Below are positions 1-13,362 of a stretch of DNA of 64,000 bases, piece by piece. Numbering within the stretch: position 1 is the stretch's first letter; every line of letters begins with the position of its first letter. The translations under genes and the position numbers were made by a program. The notes under the pieces were generated by a model, which was given only the letters and a program-made list of their open reading frames with translations, was not told the origin of the DNA and searched no databases. The DNA comes from Eledone cirrhosa (lineage: Eukaryota): assembly GCA_964016885.1 (NCBI GenBank), contig OZ024740.1, positions 62,558,001 through 62,622,000 of the forward strand, written 5' to 3'.

Positions 1-198
1 TCCCGCTTTTCAAAAGGTTCTAATCATGCAGGCACCATGGCAGTCTTCATATTCATCATGTTTATCATGCATTTACTCGTGCCAAACCTTTTAGCAGTTG
101 TAGAAACGATTGTTACATAATAAACAAACGTTACACTGAAATCTCTAAATTCTGATTATATAGACACACACCGCTCACACACATATATATATATATAT

Positions 199-231
<33 letters not shown>

Positions 232-295
232 CAGTATTTTCCGTTGTGTTGTAATATAAATATTACACACAGTAGATTATCAGCTCACGTAGAGT

Positions 296-784
296 TTGCT
301 CGACCTAAGTTCGTCCGCAATACTACTCCAGAGAAAACCCAACGTACACAACTGTAACTGCACCTATCCTGACAACTGCCCCCTCGGCAATAACTGCCTG
401 GAAAAAAATATTATTTATAAGTGTACCATTAAATCCGGAGGCAACGAGTGGTATTACGTGGGATCAACGGCAACATCGTTTAAATCTCGATTGTATAGGC
501 ATTCTTACTCAATAAAACACCAGAGCCAAAGAAATGTAACAACTTTAGCAGAAAAAGCTTGGACGCTCAGGGATAGCGATCAAAAGTTTACCCTAAAATG
601 GGAGAAATTAGCTAAAACCCAAAGCTTTTCCAGGAGCCAAAATTTCTGCAAATTGTGTAATCTTGAGATTTATTACATAATCACACACAAGAAGAAACTG
701 CTGAATAACAGAATTGAACGAACATTATTCTGCCGTCACAGAACTAAAACCCTTTTTTCCCACTACAAGCCGAATATTACATAA
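296..784 (+). pseudogene. PLE GIY-YIG endonuclease 3' fragment (Hydra-like clade), 5'-truncated
   Basis: CNCxxxxxCPLxxxC, IIYKC..YVGST..FKSR..H, CKLCNLE..LLNNRIE..CRHR; followed by a 3' region ending in an HHR at 1687 and (TA)n. Confidence 0.88.
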
Positions 785-1050
785 AAGAGGGACATCCCCC
801 AACTATATAAACCTTAAGCTAGTTAGAAAAATATAAAAACAATCTCTTCTCAACATATATTAATAACCTTAAATTACCACACTAATAATGGAAAGATATG
901 CTGATGAGAATAGGTGCAAATATGCGATAATGAATGTGTCTAAAAACGTCCATAAGTATGAATATATATGTGAAAATGTATATAAATAAGTAAATATATA
1001 TATATGTTTGATGTGTATAGTTAGATGTAAGTGTATTCATGTATTAAAGT

Positions 1051-1130
<80 letters not shown>

Positions 1131-1686
1131 ATATGTGTATATAGATGTGTATGTATGTGTATGTGTGTACACATGGACTAGAGTATGTATGTATATATGT
1201 GTGTGTCTATACGTGTGTATATAAAGATAAGTTGAGTATGAAAATGTATACACATGAGCGCGTATGTATGTACATGAATACATGTGTGTATATATATGTG
1301 TATGCATGTGTATATATATGTAAGTATGAATATGTGAATTGTGAGTATATGTATTTTGTAGAGGTGTGCAAATATATTTGTGTGTGAATGCGTGGGTGAA
1401 AGGATACGTACACTTGAAAGAAAAATTTAAGTCTGAATGTTAATTAAGTGCAAACACAAAACCAACCACGCATATCTTTACTATCTCTAATCCTTCTATA
1501 GATTTAGAAAAATAACCAATAATATATTCTATAAAAAATGTCAAAACAACAGATGGGAATCTAATTACTCACTGCCACCAAGAATTCTCACTGCTATCGA
1601 AAAACCACTCCTTCAACTATTCTTCTAACAACTTCACCCCTCCCTCCTAATATTCTCTATAAAAACTAAATAGGTCCTCAGTAATA

Positions 1687-1806
1687 TTATTCTGATGAAA
1701 TGACAGTAAATAATAACATTGAAATATTGAATGTCTGCATAACTAAAAGTTTGTAGATAGCAGCTGTTTTAGGTTATGTAACTGTTATAGAAACACGTGT
1801 CAATAA
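1687..1806 (+). ncRNA. Type I hammerhead ribozyme, family F1, large branched stem II
   Basis: ttatt-CTGATGA-a-atgacagt...actgttat-a-GAAAC-acgt-GTC-aataa; stem I ttatt/aataa; predicted cleavage after 1801. Confidence 0.85.
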
Positions 1807-1865
1807 ATTCCTTTCAACTAAACTGTATCCATTCAAATCTTTCTATATATATATATATATATATA

Positions 1866-2676
1866 TTGGTAAACGGAATAGAAAATGCTGACAAATTGTT
1901 CACAGTTGAAAAATGGTTTAATTAGGAATAAAAGAGTATTAGTGATTGTATGGGTTAGTATTCAGTTGTGGTTTTAAGTTTTTAAGTTTTTACCGGTTGC
2001 GCATTTCTAAATGCTTTTCAAAAATAATTTTGAGATAGAATGTCCGTGCTGTTTGCTCTGATCTGATTAGTTTTGGGAATTCTACCTGTTTTTATGTTAA
2101 AAAAATGGCTCCAGCGTTATTTTTGTGTTGCAAAAATGCTTGTGGTCAAAACAATTTTGATTGGTCGGTAGAGGTCATGTGAATGTAAAAAGTTGATTTT
2201 GCGCCAAGACTGTTTTTATGTTAAAATGTTAGAAAAGTGGCTCCAGCAAAAATTATTGGTCAAAACAATTTTGATTGGTCGGTAGAGGTCATGTGGATAA
2301 AAAATTGGTTTTGCGCCAAGATTGAGAAATGACTCTTTCACAACAAATATGTGTGTGTGTGTGTGTATGCCATTTTAACTGGAGAAAGGACATTTGTCTC
2401 TTGTTCAGGTTTCAATACCGTCACCTGATCTGCACTTTCAGATACATTATTTTCTGTTTGCGCTTCCTCAGGATTTAAAGCTGAATCAATATTTTCCACA
2501 TTTTCAACTACTGAAACCATGACACGATGCACTTGCTTACCGACCTTCAGCAAATCTTTAGAAGACTTAGAAACGTTTTTTGAAGCTGATTTACATGTTG
2601 ATCGCCTTTGAGAAATGTCTTTTTTTGCTGGGGTTTCTTTAGTTTGAAGGCTAGTACATCAACATACAAAGAGACT

Positions 2677-2711
<35 letters not shown>

Positions 2712-2779
2712 TTCTCCGTATAAGACAAAAGCTGAAAAATATCTTTTGACCTTCGAATGACTCTTCTGTGTGTATGTAT

Positions 2780-2827
<48 letters not shown>

Positions 2828-2896
2828 ATCTTAATAGCCATTTGACACACATCGCTGCTGGCTATTGTCGCAGCATCGAACACCTTACTACTACTA

Positions 2897-2954
<58 letters not shown>

Positions 2955-3435
2955 TTGTTGTGAAAGAGTCATTTCTCAATCTTGGCGCAAAACCAATTTT
3001 TTATCCACATGACCTCTACCGACCAATCAAAATTGTTTTGACCAATAATTTTTGCTGGAGCCACTTTTCTAACATTTTAACATAAAAACAGTCTTGGCGC
3101 AAAATCAACTTTTTACATTCACATGACCTCTACCGACCAATCAAAATTGTTTTGACCACAAGCATTTTTGCAACACAAAAATAACGCTGGAGCCATTTTT
3201 TTAACATAAAAACAGGTAGAATTCCCAAAACTAATCAGATCAGAGCAAACAGCACGGACATTCTATCTCAAAATTATTTTTGAAAAGCATTTAGAAATGC
3301 GCAACCGGTAAAAACTTAAAAACTTAAAACCACAACTGAATACTAACCCATACAATCACTAATACTCTTTTATTCCTAATTAAACCATTTTTCAACTGTG
3401 AACAATTTGTCAGCATTTTCTATTCCGTTTACCAA
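1866..3435. mobile_element. Foldback/MITE-like element with ~500-bp terminal inverted repeats, inserted in (TA)n
   Basis: 1866-2367 is the reverse complement of ~2935-3435; each arm has a duplicated subrepeat ggtcaaaacaattttgattggtcggtagaggtcatgtg. Confidence 0.8.
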
Positions 3436-3470
3436 TATATAATAACTTGTGTGTTACACCTCTATTCTTT

Positions 3471-3518
<48 letters not shown>

Positions 3519-3649
3519 TATACATGTAGGAGGTGTGTTTTATTGTAGTACAACAAAGCAATGCAAATATCGGATAAGTAACACTCTACAGTTTGTAGGA
3601 CTGGAGTATAAATAATATAAGATCAAAAGATGGTTAAAAGAGTTCCAAG

Positions 3650-3720
3650 TATTTTATTATGCGCATTTCAAAAACAAATATCATCATGGGATGATATCTG
3701 CGTTTTCATCAAATAAAATA
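3650..3720 (-). ncRNA. HHR family F2, core variant (TTGATGA)
   Basis: Reverse complement of the 4931 motif with a C-to-T change in the core. Confidence 0.7.
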
Positions 3721-3911
3721 GGGATACATGATATGAAGCTTAAAAAACACTTGTGAATAGTGAAGTTTTAAATCAACATATGAAAAATAATTTAAGATTG
3801 ATGTATGAGATTGGGAAAAAGTGAGGGGGGGGGGAGGTGAGGAGGAGATGAGAGTAAATAATGGTGGGGGAGGAGTATAAGAAGGAAGGATGAGAGAAGA
3901 GGAGAGATGGG

Positions 3912-3942
<31 letters not shown>

Positions 3943-4182
3943 TAGCCTTTACAACTGAGAAAAAATATATATTGTCTCACAGAGAGAAGTTAAAAAGCCG
4001 TTGGAAGATAATAGATAATAAAAATGAGCGCAGAAAGCTTATTTTTATTCACGTACATATATTACGCACATATATTACATTACATAAAAACAAACTTAAA
4101 CACTAACTAATTCCTTTAAATTCATAACTCATCCATTCTTCTACTTCTTTTCACATTATATCCTTAATAACATTAATATTTT

Positions 4183-4363
4183 GGGCGGTGGATTGGCAGT
4201 ATCGGTAGAGGGTCGGACGCCATGCTTTCCAACATAGTTACGTCTCTTTACGATCTGAGTTCAAATCTCGCCGAGGTTGACTTTGCCTTTCATCCTTACG
4301 GGGTCGATAAAATAAAGTACCAGTAATGCACTGGGTAATTGCTGGCCTTGTGCCTAAAGTAGA
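4183..4363 (+). mobile_element. tRNA-derived SINE with Nin-like central domain
   Basis: A box tggcagtatcgg, B box gagttcaaatc, gcctttcatccttacggggtcgataaaataaagtacc; about 10 copies in the window. Confidence 0.85.
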
Positions 4364-4476
4364 GGATGAAAGGCAAAGTCAATCTCGGAGAGATTTGAAC
4401 TCAGATCGTAAAGGGACGTAACTATGTTGGAAAGCATGGCGTCCGACCCTCTACCGATACTGCCAATCCACTGCCC
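4363..4476 (-). mobile_element. SINE 5' part (inverted duplicate)
   Basis: Reverse complement of 4183-4297. Confidence 0.8.
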
Positions 4477-4930
4477 AAAATATTAATGTTATTAAGGATA
4501 TAATGTGAAAAGAAGTAGAAGAATGGATGAGTTATGAATTTAGAGGAATTAGTTAGTGTTTAAGTTTGTTTTTATGTAATGTAATATATGTGCGTAATAT
4601 ATGTACGTGAATAAAAATAAGCTTTCTGCGCTCATTTTTATTATCTATTATCTTCCAACGGCTTTTTAACTTCTCTCTGTGAGACAATATATATTTTTTC
4701 TCAGTTGTAAATGCTATCTCTCTCTCTCTATCACCCATCTCTCCTCTCTCCTCCTTCCTTCTTATACTCCTCCCCCACCATTCTTTATTCTCATCTCCTC
4801 CTCTTCCTTACCTTTTCCAACCCCCCTCACTTTTTCCCAATCTCATACATCAATCTTAAATTATTTTTCATATGTTGATTTAAAACTTCACTATGCACAA
4901 GTGTTTTTTAAGCTTCATATCATGTATCCC

Positions 4931-5001
4931 TATTTTATCTGACGAAAACGCAGATATCATCCCAGGATGATATTTGTTTTTGAAATGCGCATAATAAAAT
5001 A
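4931..5001 (+). ncRNA. Type I HHR family F2
   Basis: tattttat-CTGACGA-aaacgcagatatcatcc ca ggatgatatttgttttt-GAAAT-gcgc-ATA-ataaaata. Confidence 0.9.
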
Positions 5002-5053
5002 CTTGGAACTCTTTTAACCATCTTTTGATCTTATACATATATATACACATATA

Positions 5054-5094
<41 letters not shown>

Positions 5095-5104
5095 ATACAT
5101 ACAT

Positions 5105-6500
5105 CTGCCCTACCGAGACACCATCCTCGCCCCGTTGGTCGGCAATCTCCCCTCCCACATCCACGATACAAAACATGCCTTTAGACTTTTCAACTCTTTT
5201 TCCTTCCCTCCTGGTCCCGCCCGCCTTCTCTTTACCCTGGACATCACTTCTCTCTATACCATTATCCTTCACGATGACGGCCCCCGCGCTTTCCAGCATT
5301 TTTTAGATTTACGCCCTACCCCTTACCCCAGCACTACAATTCTTCTCTGTCTGTCTGAGCTTGTTCTTACCCTTAATGGATTTTCTTTTTAGGGTGAATT
5401 TTACCAGCAGGTTGATGGGAACCAGAATGGGTTCAAACAATGCCAACTTGTTTGTTGGCTACGTCGAAGCCCAGATCTCCTCCCAGTACGCTGGACCGAC
5501 TCCTGAGCTATACGGTCGTTATATCGACGACTGTATCGGCGCCACCTCTCTATCACGAGAACAGATCGACTGTTTTCTTTCTTTTGTCCAATTTTTCCAT
5601 CCTGTTCTCAATTTCACCGCCTCCGTCTCCGATTCTTCTGTCGCTTTTCTAGATATCTCTCTATCTATTAATCACTCTCACCCCACCCTCTCTACTTCCA
5701 TCTACATTAAACCAAAGACTCCCTATCTTATCTCGACTTCACCTCCTCCCATCCAACCCACACCAAACACTCCATAACCTATTCCCAATTCCTCCGTCTT
5801 CGTCGACTCTGTAGCCAGGACGGCGATTTCGAAACCAATTCCCTTCGCATGGCTTCCTGCTTCATGCAGCGTGGATATCCCCCCACCTTGATCCAAGCTG
5901 CTCTCACCCGCGCCTGTAAAACAGACCGCACCACAGCCCTCTCACCTCACACTTGCCCTCCCAACACCCGTGTTCCTTTCCCTCTCACCTACCTCCCCAT
6001 CACCCTACCACTCTGGCGACATATCCTCCGTTCCTTCTGTATCCTCTCTTCTGACCCCGTCACTTCTCACTTTTTTTCCAAACCCACCCATTACTGCTTT
6101 TAAGCGCGCCCGAAACGTCCGTGACCACCTGGTTCGCAGTTCTTTTTCGTCCTCTCCCACGACTCCACCCGGCTCTCATCCTTGCTCCCGTTCCCGCTGC
6201 AACACTTGTCCCTTTATTTCCACCCTCGCCACTCTTACAGGCCCCAACGGGTCTTTCCGTATCTGCCATTCCTTCACCTGCACATCCACCCACGTTGTCT
6301 ATGCTCTCCGGTGTTCCCTTTTCGGGTCTTTATATATCGGACAAACGGGACGCCGTATGGCGGACCATTTTGCCGAACATTTGAGGGACATACGACTCGG
6401 TTTGGATACTCCTGTCGCCCGTCATTTCTGTTCTCCTGGTCATTCTTCCCTACATGTTTCAGTCCTGGGTGCCCTTTTACATCATGGATCACAGGCTCGC
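5105..6500 (+). pseudogene. PLE RT + GIY-YIG (Neptune/Poseidon-type), frameshifted
   Basis: MGTRMG..ANLF, RYIDD, FLDI, RGYP, C..RC.TC, FTCTSTHVVY..C..YIGQTGR...EH..VARHF spread over ORFs 5135, 5361, 5849 and 5970. Confidence 0.9.
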
Positions 6501-6502
6501 TC

Positions 6503-7050
6503 GGATCATCACGAAATACCTCAGACTGGACTAAGATCCTTCTACCGTGATACCCACCAGAAATGAATTCAAAATGGCTAAGAATCATCACGTAGCCAGT
6601 GGTCAAGGCAGAAAGTTTTTGATTGGTGCCTGTCGGCGAGTAGGTTGGTGGCTAGAAAGCGCAGCCGAATACTGGGAGTTCCGAGCCTCGTGGATTTATC
6701 CAAGACCAGGTATATCCAAAATATGAAACGAAACCGCCGGTTGAGATTGAGAATTCTGGTAAATTTATGTGTATTTTTCTTCTAACTTCGATTTTGTACC
6801 TAATTCCGTGTAGTTAGCTATATGTCTAGTCAATTTCTACAGGCTAGAAGGAATATTAGGTAAATGTCATATACCTGTAACTCGCGGAAAAGTATCTGTA
6901 TCATTTGTCTATTATTTCTTCATAAGTACATTTTAAACTTATAGCCTCGTTTAAATGATTTTTTGTGTGGTTAATTTATACTGATTGGGAGAGGAAATAC
7001 TGTATATATTTTATCTAATGAGTCTTTAGACTTATAGCCTCGTTTAAATG
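6503..7050 (+). repeat. Unclassified dispersed repeat (family D)
   Basis: Diverged, collinear with the minus strand of 48625-49215; ends at (TA)n. Confidence 0.7.
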
Positions 7051-7070
7051 ATTTTTTATATATATATATA

Positions 7071-7225
7071 TGTAGGAGGTGAGTTTTATTGTAGAACAAT
7101 AAAGCAATGCAAATATCGGATAAGTACCACTCAACAGTTTATTGGACTGGAGTATATATAAGAAGAAATTAAAAGATGGTTAAAAAGTTCCATGTATTTT
7201 ATTATGCACATTTCAAAAACAAATA
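7071..7225 (-). mobile_element. F2 tail plus partial HHR fragment
   Basis: Matches 3525-3680. Confidence 0.75.
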
Positions 7226-7690
7226 TTCGAGCTACGGGCATAAATTCGAGCTACGAACATAAACTTCCGGTTGAATGTTCGTTGATATAACAGTTTTGTA
7301 TTATAGATCTAAGGTCGGTTTCATGCGGTTGGTAACAAAATGGTTAACTGCTTAAAGAATTTGTTGATTGATATATTTATTTGAGACATTGTAGGTTGCA
7401 TTGTGTTTGGAAATTTTACTGCTCCATGCTTGGGGTGAATATTCCTCCAATGCGATAAAGTGGGATAGATACGATTCTCTATTTGTGAAATTGTAGGTGT
7501 ATCTAATTTTAAAAATTAATTTTTAATTAAGGAGTGTTGTCTACTTGGAAACTAATAAATTTTCCATTATTGTTGTTTATAAGAATTTGTCTTCTTATGC
7601 TGAGTCAAAATGATATCAATCTTTGATCAGGTACGTCTATGTTGCTATTATGGCACTTTATATATGTATATATAATATATATATTTATTC
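7226..7690. repeat. Unclassified ~460-bp dispersed repeat
   Basis: Near-identical reverse complement of 17800-18269. Confidence 0.8.
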
Positions 7691-8020
<330 letters not shown>

Positions 8021-8274
8021 ATATTTGTCCCAAATTGAAGGATGAGTATTTTAAACTTTATTTTATCATGAGTTAAGGCTCTATTGATTTTTCCCTGGAT
8101 TTCACTAAATTCTGTTGGATGAATCTATATTCTGATTCTTTTTGAGTTGAGTTTGAATTATTTTCCCCACATCTTACATTAACTATTTTTCCCATTTTGA
8201 CGCTATAGTCACTTATATATTATGGAATACTGTTGGCTTTTTGCTACAATATTTTCTATACCTTTCATTTATAT

Positions 8275-8500
<226 letters not shown>

Positions 8501-8846
8501 GGAAAAAATGAAATGAAATTTCATTTCCCACTCTTAGTACGGCTGTTACTTAAATATAAGTATGTATACGTACATACATATATGTATACAGACGTACAGT
8601 AGTATGTATATGATGGCTGCCCCCTCGTTATCGAGTATGGCCATTGCACGATATACCATTATTAATAATTATTAATTAATTCTATCATGCATATATATAT
8701 ATACATACATGCACACATATATATATGTACGTATGGATTCACCAAACATTTATTATAATGTTCGGTGTGTTTGTAAACAAACATCCCGTATTAAGCCGTA
8801 GTGTCTAGCAACCACCCTTGCTCCTTTGTTCAATACTGACAAAGGA

Positions 8847-8891
8847 ACGCTGTACTCTAGTTTCAAGCTTGTTAGCTATCGTCAGCAACGT
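8847..8891 (-). ncRNA. Minimal HHR F3
   Basis: acgttg-CTGACGA-t-agct aaca agct-t-GAAAC-taga-GTA-cagcgt on the minus strand. Confidence 0.8.
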
Positions 8892-8988
8892 ATATCTTCC
8901 TGCCAGATAGTTGAACGTCTACTCAGCCGTTAATATGCATACGGAAAGTATATACTTTCGGACGTTCAACTATCTGGCAGGAAGGTAT

Positions 8989-9031
8989 ACGCCGCTGATG
9001 ATAGCTAACAAGCTTGAAACTAGTACAGCGT
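8989..9031 (+). ncRNA. Minimal HHR F3
   Basis: acgccg-CTGATGA-t-agct aaca agct-t-GAAAC-ta-GTA-cagcgt. Confidence 0.82.
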
Positions 9032-9410
9032 TCCTTTGTCAGTGTTGAACAAACGAGCAACGGTGGTTGCTAGACACTACGGCTTAATACGGGATGTTTG
9101 TTTACAAACACACCGAGCATTATAATAAATGTTCAGTGAATCCATACGTACATATATGTGTGCATGTATGTATATATATACATACTGCTGTACGTCTGTA
9201 TACATATATGTATGTACGTATGCATACTTATATTTAAGTAACAGCCGTACTAAGAGTGGAAAATGAAATTTCGTTTCATTTTTTCCGTTTATCGTTTTCG
9301 GTGCACCCTGCCGATTAACCCACTCGATATGCAAATAGGGCTACTCAGCCGTTAATATGCATAAGGAAAGTATATACTTTCGGACGTTCAACTATCTGGC
9401 AGCAAAGTAT

Positions 9411-9453
9411 ACGTTGCTGACGATAGCTAACAAGCTTGAAACTAGTACAGCGT
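9411..9453 (+). ncRNA. Minimal HHR F3
   Basis: acgttg-CTGACGA-t-agct aaca agct-t-GAAAC-ta-GTA-cagcgt. Confidence 0.86.
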
Positions 9454-9654
9454 TCCTTTGTCAGTGTTGAACAAACGAGCAACGGTGGTTGGTAGACACT
9501 ACGGCTTAATACGGGATGTTTGTTTGCAAACACACAGAACATTATAATAAATGTTTGGTGAATCCATACGTACATATATATGTGTGTGCATGTATGTATA
9601 TATGTATACATACTACTGTACGTCTGTATACATATATCTATGTACGTATACTTA

Positions 9655-9705
<51 letters not shown>

Positions 9706-10199
9706 CTTTTTCCCCTGAATAAAGGAATTTTTCGAGAATGACCGGGGCAGGCCGCACTTGCTACATTTCTCCCCACCCAACCCTACTCACCGTCTCAACT
9801 CATTACTGCTATGAACACTTTTTCAACACACCTACACCCATGCACTTATTAAAGGGGGAGAAAAGAAACCCCCACCACACCACAGACATGTTAAATCCCT
9901 ATATATAGAACAACACACCACATACACATCAGTTTGACAAGCGTGAAAGGTCTTTCTAATAACGAAACAATACCTTCTACGTTAACCAAGAACTCCTAAG
10001 ACCTAACCAACAACCAACAACTTAATTTATAAAATAATTTTTTTTAAGAAAAATTCTTTTTGGATTTTGTGAAGAAAATAAATTTGTTGAAAGCACAAGT
10101 GCAGCCATTTTTTCTTCCCCCCTGTCTATATATATATATACACACATACATATATCTATATATCTATATATATCTATATCTATCTATCTATCTATCTAT

Positions 10200-10264
<65 letters not shown>

Positions 10265-10297
10265 AAGAAATTAAAAGATGGTTAAAAAAGTTCCACG

Positions 10298-10368
10298 TAT
10301 TTTATTATGCGCATTTCAAAAACAAATATCATCCTGGGACGATATTTGCGTTCTCATCAGATAAAATA
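10298..10368 (-). ncRNA. HHR F2
   Basis: Reverse complement of the 13230-13300 motif, intact CTGATGA/GAAA core. Confidence 0.86.
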
Positions 10369-10950
10369 GGGAGACATGATATGATGCTTAAAAGAAACAC
10401 TTATGAACAAGGTAGTGTCTAATCAACATATGATAAATAAATTTAAAAGGATATAGGAGATTGGAAAAAAGGGAAGGAAGGGGGAAAAAAGGAAGGAAGA
10501 GGAAGAAAGGAAAAAAGGAAAAAAGAAGGAGATGATAACAGAGGAAGAGTATAAGAAGGAGGAAGGAGAGAGAAAGAGAAAGGAGAGAAAGAGAGAGATA
10601 TAAACATTTAAACTGAAAAACGCTGTCTCCACTGAGAAATAATTGAAAAAACGGTTGTAAATTTATAAATAAATTTAAAAAAATTAAAAAATTGAAAAAA
10701 TTAAAAATTGATGAGGTTTATGAATGCTGATGTTTATGATTGCAGATATAGAAATTAAGTATACTATTTATTTAGGGTTTATATAGTGAAGGATTTATTA
10801 AGAAGTGCGAAAAAGTTTTATTAAAATGTATTATTAAGATAAAATAAAGTAAAATAAGATAAGGTGAATAAAAATAAAATTAAATGATTTATAAGCTTAG
10901 AAGACGATATAGTGTCGTAGTTTGTTTAAATGGATTGTAATTGTAAAAGT

Positions 10951-11055
10951 AATGTTGAAAAGAGAAATGTTGAAAAAAGAAATGTTGAAAAAAGAAATGT
11001 TGAAAAAAGAAATGTTGAAAAAAGAAATGTTGAAAAAAGAAATGTTGAAAAAAGA
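10951..11055 (+). repeat. 15-bp tandem repeat x7 (aatgttgaaaaaaga) at the inversion junction
   Basis: Direct reading. Confidence 0.92.
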
Positions 11056-11478
11056 ATTTCTAATCTTCTAATAAACTTATCTTTGACGCTAAAGCCAATT
11101 ATTACAATAATGCGCTATCCACTAATGAAACCAATCATGGCAGAACTTATAGTAATATAGCTAGTTATAAGCATTCAAATAACATAAAGAAGAGACCTAG
11201 ATATAAAAATATTATTTGGTACAACGCTCCTTTTTCTCTTTCTATTATTAGTAATATTCCTAAATTATTTTTTAGGGCGTTAGATAATTGCTTCCCTCCT
11301 TCACATATTTATAGTAAGATCTTTAATAAGCATACAATTAAATTCTCTTATTCCACCACTTCCATCATTTCTAACATTATCTCAAAACATAATAATAAAA
11401 TATTAAATAATAAATCATATCCATCCAACCCTGAGCGTCATAGTAATAACACTATAAGGCCCGACGTCAATGTAAACT

Positions 11479-11646
11479 CTAGACAAGATAACTTAAATAT
11501 AAATACGACATCAAACGTAATTTCGATGAATGCTCCTAGACAAGATAACTTAAATATAAATACGACGTCAAACGTAATTTCGATGAATGCTCCTAGATAA
11601 GATAACTTAAATATAAATACGACGTTAAACGTAATTTTGATGAATG
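11479..11646 (+). repeat. 57-bp tandem repeat x3 inside the PLE linker
   Basis: ctaga(c/t)aagataacttaaatataaatacgac at 11479, 11536 and 11593. Confidence 0.9.
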
Positions 11647-13229
11647 TAATATAAATCAGGAAACATTAGCACCTCTTTTAGTTAATTTCTCCACTACAAT
11701 TCCTTCTATAAATAATTCTGGGCCACTTGCAAATAACTCTGTTAATAACATTAATCGTAAATGCAATTTCCCCAATAGAACTAAATGTCCTCTTAATAAT
11801 TAGTCTCGATAAAAATTTAGTATACGAATGTAAGGTGATAACTAGTACCAATTCTTATACCTACATTAGCTCTACTTCTACTTCCTTTAAGGCAAGATTA
11901 TATAACCATTCTTCGTCTTTTAAATACCCACTTAAAAGAACAAACACTGCACTCTAGGATCTCATCTGGTCCTTAAAAGACAAAAACATTATTTACAAAA
12001 TTTCTTGGCGTAAAATTTGAAATGCTTCTCCATATTCCAACGCTTACATATCTAGAACTTGTAATTTATGACTAGCGGAAAAATGTACCATTATCTCTAA
12101 TTTTAACTCTATAATAAATAGACTCACAGATTTATTTTTGCATCCATAAATCGGTTAGGTCATTTCATAAGTATACAGCTAATATCTTACTCCATAATTA
12201 AGATTAAAAACTTTTTCTCACACATATATATCTCTTTTTACACATTTACCCCTTTTTTCTCGCATATTTCAGTACATTCTACAAAGTTCATTCATACTTT
12301 TTTGGTCCCCTAATTTTTAAATTTTTAATTTAAAAACATTTTTTAATTCACTATAGCAAACTCCTTTATCTTCTTGGGGATACAAATTTTTTTAAATAGT
12401 TCATCTTTATATCATTTCTTTTCAATATTACTTTTTCTTAAGACGCTATATTTCTCAATTTTTTACTTCAAATCTATTAATAGTAGCATTAGGCGAATTT
12501 TGTAAACAAATTTTGACGTAATTTTTTCTTCCTCGTTTTTTTCTTCTTTTTTCTTCTCTTTTTTCCGTGCTTGTCTTAGCTTAAATAATTACTTTTTCAC
12601 AGAAATACTTTTTCAATTACAATCTATTTAAACAAACTAGGACCCTATATCGTCTTCTAAGCTTATAAATCATTTAATTTTATTTTTATTCACCTTATCT
12701 TATTTTACTTTATTTTATCTTAATAATTGATTCTATGTTTGGCACAATGCCAGCAATTTTATCTTAATAATACATTTTAATAAAACTTTTTCGCACATCT
12801 TAATAAATCCTTCACTATATAAACCCTAAATAAATAGTATACTTAATTCCTATATCTGCAATCATAAACATCATCATTCATAAACCTCATAAATTTTTAA
12901 TTTTTCAATTTTTTAATTTTTTAAAATTTATTTATAAATTTACAACCGTTTTTTCAATTATTTCTCAGTGGAGACAGCGTTTTTCAGTTTAAATGTTTAT
13001 ATCTCTCTCTTTCTCTCCTTTCTCTTTCTCTCTCCTTCCCCCTTCTTATACTCTTCCTCTGTTATTCTTTCCTTCTTTTTTCCTTTTTTTCCTTTCTTCC
13101 TCTTCCTTCTTTTTCCCCCCCTTCCTTCCCTTTTTTCCAATCTCCTATATCCTTTTAAATTTATTTATATGTTGATTAGACACTACCTTGTTCACAAGTG
13201 TTTCTTTTAAGCATCATATCAGGTCTCCC

Positions 13230-13300
13230 TATTTTATCTGATGAGAACGCAAATATCGTCCCAGGATGATATTTGTTTTTGAAATGCGCATAATAAAATA
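13230..13300 (+). ncRNA. HHR F2
   Basis: tattttat-CTGATGA-gaacgcaaatatcgtcc ca ggatgatatttgttttt-GAAAT-gcgc-ATA-ataaaata. Confidence 0.9.
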
Positions 13301-13362
13301 CATGGAACTTTTTTAACCATCTTTTAATTTCTTATATATATATATATATATATATATATCAA

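Larger units (their letters stand above)
3525..5033. mobile_element. Inverted pair of PLE 3' ends (family F2) with a SINE at the apex
   Basis: ~3615-4297 is an inverted copy of ~4363-5033 with scattered mismatches; an extra tail 3525-3615 recurs at 7071-7160; TA tracts on both sides. Confidence 0.82.
10262..13334 (+). mobile_element. Degenerate Hydra-like PLE (F2) with an inverted 3' copy at its truncated 5' end
   Basis: 10262-10952 is inverted relative to ~12604-13334; the interior 11150-12180 reads NIIWYNAPFSL, IFNKHTIKFSYS, NLVYECKV..YISSTSTSFKARLYNH with stops and frameshifts. Confidence 0.85.

Noticed and set aside
897-954. HHR-like tatg-CTGATGA...taggtgca/tgtgtcta-AAAAC-GTC-cata
   Set aside because: GAAA is missing and there is no proper stem III; possibly a decayed HHR, so not counted.
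10951-11646. CRISPR-like array
   Set aside because: Head-to-tail 15-bp and 57-bp repeats without unique spacers, in eukaryotic context with no cas genes.
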